Source: Candidatus Marinacidobacterium sp. (lineage in GTDB: Bacteria; Acidobacteriota; Vicinamibacteria; Marinacidobacterales; Marinacidobacteraceae). From it: a stretch of DNA of 64,000 bases. The notes under the pieces are model-generated. The model was not told where the DNA came from and made no database searches. It saw only the letters and a list, made by a program, of their open reading frames with translations. The translations under genes and the position numbers were made by a program. Below are positions 59,177 to 64,000 of the stretch, piece after piece (position 1 is the stretch's first letter; every line of letters starts with the position of its first letter). The stretch is taken from contig OZ242011.1 in assembly GCA_965204755.1 (NCBI GenBank), positions 992,001 through 1,056,000 of the forward strand, given 5' to 3'.

Positions 59177-61354
59177 TCACCGGCCGCACCCTTGACGATG
59201 ACCGGCCGGAAGATCGAAGGTAAACCGCGCTCCCCGGTTCCCGGGTTCGACTGACATCTTCCCGTCGTAAGCGGCGACGACTTCCCGGGCGACCGTCAGC
59301 CCCATTCCGATCCCTCCCGGTCTCGTCGTCACGCCCGGCAGGAACACTTCGTCCTCATCCTCGGCGGCGATGCCGGGACCGGAGTCTTCGACTCGAACCC
59401 TGACCCGGCCGGTCGGGCCGCGCGATTCGACGACGAAGCCGATCTCCCTCGGCCGGTCGTCGACGCCGCTCAACCAGTAGAGCGCGTTCGTAATCAGGTT
59501 CAGCAGTACGGTATCCAGTTCACCCGGATCGACCGCCACCACCGTACGGGAATCCGGGACGCTGCACTGAACCTCGAAGCGGCGAATACGCCCGCGCTCC
59601 AGGTCGAGGCACCGGTGGATGCACTCCTCGACTACCGCCGTTCGCTGCGCGCGACGGTACGATCGGCTGGCCAAGGGGGACAGTCCGTCCGACAGGGTTT
59701 CGAGCGCCATCGCGGCGTGGTCGGCGCGGGCGCGTTCGGTCTCCAGCCGCGGGTGCGGTTCGCGATCCAGGTGCTCCTTCATCGAGATCAGGAACCGGCC
59801 GATCGAAGTCGTGCGATTCCGGATCTCGTGCACCAGCATCTGCGCGATCGTCCCTACGGTCGCCAACTGGCTGTAGCGGACGAACCGGTCCCGGATCGCC
59901 GCCAAACTCTCCTCGGCCTGTTCGGCGTAACCCTCGACGACCGGCAGGACGGCGTTCGCGCCTGCCCCCTCCCGCGCGGCGGTCCGCGCGCGCTCCAGCA
60001 TGGCCCCGGGGGACAGGTCCGCGAACAGCGAGGTCATCGCCTTCCCCCGCTGCGGGTTCGGGCGGTCTCGATCTCGCTGCGCTTCCAGGGCCTTGACGAT
60101 CTCCTCGAGAAGTCTGCTGAAGTCCCTCAGCGCCGGCCCGTCCGTGAGCCGCTCCCGGTCGCTCGTGTCGCGGATCTCGGGATTGCTCCGTGACGAAATC
60201 GAGACGAAGCCGACGATCTGGTTCGTGCTCAGCCGCGTCCCGACCCTTCCGAGGCGCCGACGATCGAGTCCGAGCCAGTCTCTCGCCGCATCGGACTTCG
60301 GCAACACGAGGACGCCGTCGCGATAGACGGAAATCCCCCGGTGGGCGCGAATGGCGTTTCGGATGGCGCTTCGCTTCAGTTCGAACCGGTGGGTGGTCTC
60401 CCCGGCGCCGTCCCGATCGAGGTCCCAAGCCCGGATCTCGAAGTCGAAAGGGCCGCATCGCGGCGAATCGGCAGCGACGGGCGCCCGCGACGCTTCGTTA
60501 CCGTCCAGGACCTGCAGCCGACTCAGGTTGACCGCGCATTCCCTCGGGGCGCCGTCTTCCGCCAGCGGAGCGAACCGATACGACGCGGCGATGGCGCCGT
60601 CGGCATTCACGGAGCCCGCGATGCGGTATTTCGGCTTCGCCAGGAACTCGTCCGGCTCGATTCGAATCGCCTCGGCATCCCCGGCGCCGGGCGGCGACAG
60701 GAAGAGATGGAATTCCCCGGCGTCGGCGAACGGCGGGACGAGCCGCGACAGGTCGGCGCGAAGGTCCTCGATCCGCTCCGCGGTCCACTCCTGTTTCAAG
60801 TCGCTCACGCGGATTCTCGTTCCCGGCCCCCGAAGACCGTCCTCGCGCGGCCTCAACTCGACGGAGCCCCGCGCCGAATCGTCCGTCTTCGCCAGCGACG
60901 GCCAGGAGACCCGCGCCTCCAGGCACGGCTCGCCCGGCGCCCGCGTCCACATGCGGAACTCGTCACCGAGGCGAGCGGCGGACAGCCGACCGATTCCCTT
61001 CTCCCCCGAAGCGCGCCGCCGACCGGAGACCCCGCCGATCACCGGATTCCGGGCCTTGTGGGGCGTGGCCACGACGCACCAGACCTCCTCGACGGTCTCG
61101 CGGCTCATTCCGCAACCGTCATCTTCGACCTCCAAGTACTCGGGGATCGGCGACCCTCCGCCGAAACGCACGGTGACCCTGCGCGCCCCGGCGTCGTACG
61201 AGTTCTTCACCAGTTCCATCACAGCAACGACATCGTCGGTGACGAGGTCCGCACCCAGCGCGGCGAAGACGCGCGGATGGAACCGGAAGGGAATCTTCGC
61301 GGGCGGCGCGGCGCCCGCCGGCGCCGCGGGCGCGGCCGGTGCGGCCGTCGCCAT
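59177..61354 (-). CDS. MORC/MutL-like GHKL ATPase fused to a histidine kinase
   Basis: N-terminal ELVKNSYDA, DDGCGM, GEKGIGRL, GTRI; C-terminal HEIRN, NLITNA, DSGPGI, GMGL. Confidence 0.88.
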   Translation of the reverse strand: MATAAPAAPAAPAGAAPPAKIPFRFHPRVFAALGADLVTDDVVAVMELVKNSYDAGARRVTVRFGGGSPIPEYLEVEDDGCGMSRETVEEVWCVVATPHKARNPVIGGVSGRRRASGEKGIGRLSAARLGDEFRMWTRAPGEPCLEARVSWPSLAKTDDSARGSVELRPREDGLRGPGTRIRVSDLKQEWTAERIEDLRADLSRLVPPFADAGEFHLFLSPPGAGDAEAIRIEPDEFLAKPKYRIAGSVNADGAIAASYRFAPLAEDGAPRECAVNLSRLQVLDGNEASRAPVAADSPRCGPFDFEIRAWDLDRDGAGETTHRFELKRSAIRNAIRAHRGISVYRDGVLVLPKSDAARDWLGLDRRRLGRVGTRLSTNQIVGFVSISSRSNPEIRDTSDRERLTDGPALRDFSRLLEEIVKALEAQRDRDRPNPQRGKAMTSLFADLSPGAMLERARTAAREGAGANAVLPVVEGYAEQAEESLAAIRDRFVRYSQLATVGTIAQMLVHEIRNRTTSIGRFLISMKEHLDREPHPRLETERARADHAAMALETLSDGLSPLASRSYRRAQRTAVVEECIHRCLDLERGRIRRFEVQCSVPDSRTVVAVDPGELDTVLLNLITNALYWLSGVDDRPREIGFVVESRGPTGRVRVRVEDSGPGIAAEDEDEVFLPGVTTRPGGIGMGLTVAREVVAAYDGKMSVEPGNRGARFTFDLPAGHRQGCGR

Positions 61355-61356
61355 GG

Positions 61357-61848
61357 TCAGCGGCGGGCGGCCGAACGGCGCCGACCGTCCGGGCCCGGTA
61401 TCTCGAGGAACGGTAGGCTCGACCGGACGAAGTCGGCCGCTTCGCGGCACGCCTCGTCGAGCGCGCGGTCGCGGTCGAGGCCGGCGCGGCGGAAACGGCA
61501 TTCCCAGATGGTCAGCACCCGCCATCCGAGGCTCCGCAGCCGGGACACGGCGCGGGCGTCCCGCTCCGCGTTGCGTTCCAGTTTCTCCTTCCACCAGTCG
61601 CGGCGGGTGTCCGGGATCGAAGACAACTCGCAGCCGTGGAGATGCCAGAAGCACCCGTGGACGAAGACGGCGGAGCGATGCTTCGGGAACACGAAGTCGG
61701 GCGTGCCCGGAAGGTCCCGGCGGTGCAGCCGGTAGCGCAGTCCTTGGGCGAACAGGCGCTTTCGCACCGCGACCTCGATCCGGGAATTGCGCGACCGCAC
61801 CGCGGACATCATCCGACTTCTGGTCCGCGCATCCACGGTGTCCGTCAC
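61357..61848 (-). CDS. vsr: Very-short-patch repair endonuclease
   Basis: RSRMMSAVR, LPGTPD, FVHGCFWH, RNAERD, GWRVLTIWEC. Confidence 0.95.
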   Translation of the reverse strand: MTDTVDARTRSRMMSAVRSRNSRIEVAVRKRLFAQGLRYRLHRRDLPGTPDFVFPKHRSAVFVHGCFWHLHGCELSSIPDTRRDWWKEKLERNAERDARAVSRLRSLGWRVLTIWECRFRRAGLDRDRALDEACREAADFVRSSLPFLEIPGPDGRRRSAARR

Positions 61849-62294
61849 GACTGCTCCCGCACTGCTTTCGAAAGGTTGTCCCCCGGCGGGCTGCCGGGGG
61901 AAGCGGTCCGTCGTTCCCGACACGAACGACGAACGGCAGGTCAGCAACCAATCGTAGCGGAAGGCCGGGGCCGGATAGCGCAGGCCGGGCGGCGGCGCCG
62001 CCGGGCGCCGCTCGGCCCGCCGCCGTCGGATGCGGGGATCGCGCCGCCGAAGAAGCCCCGGGGCGGAAGCCGCGGAAGGCGGGCGCGACGCCGCCCCGAG
62101 TCCGAGGCGCCGGTCGCCGCCCCTTGCCTCCGGTTCGGTATCGTTCGGCCCGCCGTCGCCGAACGGCCCACCCTGAAACCATTGCTCATCCGCTCGCCCC
62201 TCGGGCGCTCGCTCGCCTCGCCACGGAGCCTCTCCGGCGCATCCACGCGACGGAGCGCCGGATCACCCCCCGGAGCGGTTCGCTCTCTGACCGC

Positions 62295-63200
62295 ATGAGC
62301 CGCGAGACCACCGACCCCGCCGTCCGCAGCGCCGCCTTCGCGTGGCTCAGGCAGCAAGCGGAACGACGAGGACAGCCGATCTTCGACTTCCGGGAACTCG
62401 AGCGCGGCTTCGAGGTCGGCGGTGAGAAGTTGACGCTGGTCAGCGTGCAGGGGATCTGGACGCCGAAACTCTGCGCCGTACCCATCTCGGTGCGCACCGC
62501 CGCGCCGCGTCGGAACGCATCCCGCCCCTACGAGGACACTTTCTCCGAAGGACTCGCCTCCTACAAGTACTTCGGTACCGATCCAAACCATCTCGACAAC
62601 ACGCGTCTTCGCCAAGCCATGCGACAGAGGGTGCCGCTGGTTTACTTCCTCGGCGTCGTCGGGAGCAGGTACCTGGCGGCGTGGCCGGTCTTCGTCGTTC
62701 ACGACGATCCCGAGAACCACGAATTCCGGCTCCGCATCCACGAATCGCTGCCGGCGGCGCAGGAAACGCCGTGGCTCTCGCCCGACCGGCCCGACTCGAC
62801 CACGGAAGACGAGGTCAGCGAAACCCTCTTCCGGGAGCGGGTTCTCGACGCGTATCGGACGCAGTGCGCCGTGTGCCGCCTGCAGGTGCGGGGCCTGCTC
62901 GGCGCCGCCCGCATCTGGCCGCGCAGCGATGGCGGCCAGCCGCTCGTCGACAACGGCATGGCACTCTGCGAACTCCACCGCGCGGCGTTCGACCGGATGT
63001 TCCTCGGCATTCGACCGGACTTCACCGTGGAAGTGCGGCGGGAGGTTCTCGATCACCCGGACGACTCGCCGGTGCGCCGAGGGCTGCTGGACATCCACGG
63101 CTCGAAGATCGCCGTTCCGCGTCGGGAGAACGACCGCCCGGATCCCCTCCTGCTGGCCATGCGGCTCGAGCGGTTCCGGCAGGCGCCGCTCCACCTCTGA
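62295..63200 (+). CDS. HNH endonuclease-family protein with probable modified-base-reader N-domain; active site substituted
   Basis: FRERVLDAY..CAVC....LLGAARI...NGMALCELHRAAFD; N-terminal YED...YKYFGTDP.H.DN..LR.AM...PLVYF. Confidence 0.85.
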   Translation: MSRETTDPAVRSAAFAWLRQQAERRGQPIFDFRELERGFEVGGEKLTLVSVQGIWTPKLCAVPISVRTAAPRRNASRPYEDTFSEGLASYKYFGTDPNHLDNTRLRQAMRQRVPLVYFLGVVGSRYLAAWPVFVVHDDPENHEFRLRIHESLPAAQETPWLSPDRPDSTTEDEVSETLFRERVLDAYRTQCAVCRLQVRGLLGAARIWPRSDGGQPLVDNGMALCELHRAAFDRMFLGIRPDFTVEVRREVLDHPDDSPVRRGLLDIHGSKIAVPRRENDRPDPLLLAMRLERFRQAPLHL

Positions 63201-63261
63201 CCACTCCCACGGCGGCTATCGTTCTCTCCCACCCGGCTACACCCCGAGGCAGAGTCCACAC

Positions 63262-63588
63262 ATGAATCCCACGCAACAGACCACGCCGCCGATCGTCTGG
63301 GACGGCTCTACCTTCCACATCAACCTGAAGGCCGCGAACATCGAGGCGAAGTGGACGCCGGATGTCACCTTCGTCATCCGGGTCCGCGAAGTCGGCAAGG
63401 AATGGAGCGTCGGCTTCGAGACGCCGCTCACCGGCTGCAGCCTGAACGGCCTCGCCCCGGACACCGACTACGAGATGGAAGTGCGGACGAAGCAGGGCTC
63501 GAAACTGGGTTCGCCCACGAAGGTCCGCATCCGCCCCGACTCGAGCGGCGTGTTCACGCAGGACATCGCCCCGGAGCGCACCCAGTAG
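63262..63588 (+). CDS. Small fibronectin-type-III-like protein
   Basis: W...F.IRVRE....W........LNGLAPDTDYEMEVR FN3 pattern. Confidence 0.6.
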   Translation: MNPTQQTTPPIVWDGSTFHINLKAANIEAKWTPDVTFVIRVREVGKEWSVGFETPLTGCSLNGLAPDTDYEMEVRTKQGSKLGSPTKVRIRPDSSGVFTQDIAPERTQ

Positions 63589-63608
63589 CGGATCACACGC
63601 CGCCGCGC

Positions 63609-63629
63609 CGCCGGGCAAGACGCCCGGCG
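63609..63629. terminator. GC hairpin between convergent genes
   Basis: CGCCGGGC-aagac-GCCCGGCG; no U-tract. Confidence 0.35.
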
Positions 63630-64000
63630 TCAACTCACATTGAAGCGGACGACGAGGACATCGCCGTCCTGGACCGGGTAGTCCTTTCCTTCCAGCCGCA
63701 ACGCGCCGGCGCGGCGGCAGGCGTCCCAGGAACCGTGTTCCACCAGCGTGTCGTAGTGGACGACTTCGGCGCGGATGAAGCCGCGCTCCATATCGGAATG
63801 GATGGTTCCGGCGGCTTCCTGCGCCCGCGTGTTGCGGCGGATGAGCCAGGCGCGGGACTCGGTGTCGCCGGCGGTGTAGAAGACGACGCGGTCCATCAAC
63901 TCGAAGATGGCGCGCACCACGCGGTCGGCGGCGCCGGATTCGACGCCGAGGTCGGCGCGGAAGGCAGCGGCGTCCGCCTCCGGGAGTTCGGCGATCTCGG
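63630..64000 (-). CDS. ychF: YchF/Obg-like ATPase, 3' part
   Basis: FYTAG..ESRAW, AAGTIHSDMERGFIRAEV, RLEGKDYPVQDGD. Confidence 0.95.
   Translation of the reverse strand, partial: EIAELPEADAAAFRADLGVESGAADRVVRAIFELMDRVVFYTAGDTESRAWLIRRNTRAQEAAGTIHSDMERGFIRAEVVHYDTLVEHGSWDACRRAGALRLEGKDYPVQDGDVLVVRFNVS

Noticed and set aside
59177-62182. 1001-aa ORF as a single Vsr-kinase fusion
   Set aside because: vsr is in another frame with its own stop at 61357; the kinase plausibly starts at ATG 61354.
1-64000. tRNA, rRNA, riboswitch, transposase, integrase or prophage genes
   Set aside because: None recognisable by eye. Small structured RNAs, for example in 16880-17320 or 30410-30745, cannot be excluded without a covariance-model search.

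Overview
Very GC-rich (about 70%, by eye) bacterial chromosomal window. The gene content suggests Acidobacteriota, which is an inference. Housekeeping blocks are: cysS(partial)-rsbU/W/V-ribF-DUF1844; mazG; comEC-hypothetical-birA-B12 subunit-icmF-IHF-rpsA; korAB-EamA-pdxST; pal-pyrFDK-pilB-HU; an amidohydrolase; citE; two DUF5916 genes; and ychF(partial). Three accessory or defence segments interrupt them. (i) 22.8-30.4 kb: an AAA_14/DUF4143 ATPase translationally coupled to a ~1390-aa NACHT/STAND NTPase that carries a C-terminal PD-(D/E)xK nuclease-like domain. (ii) 41.5-46.7 kb: an orphan N4C-type methyltransferase and a lower-GC GmrSD cassette. (iii) 54.7-63.6 kb: twelve 13-bp iteron-like repeats around a perfect IHF consensus, a wHTH gene, a Dcm/EcoRII-like R-M pair, Vsr, a MORC-like GHKL-histidine-kinase fusion, an apparently inactivated HNH nuclease and an FN3 protein. 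The strongest unexplained signals are the repeat array with its wHTH gene, the inverted STAND-nuclease architecture, and near-absence of AGCT and ACGT outside the lower-GC segments. All calls come from reading motifs by eye. No searches were run, and several start codons are estimates.
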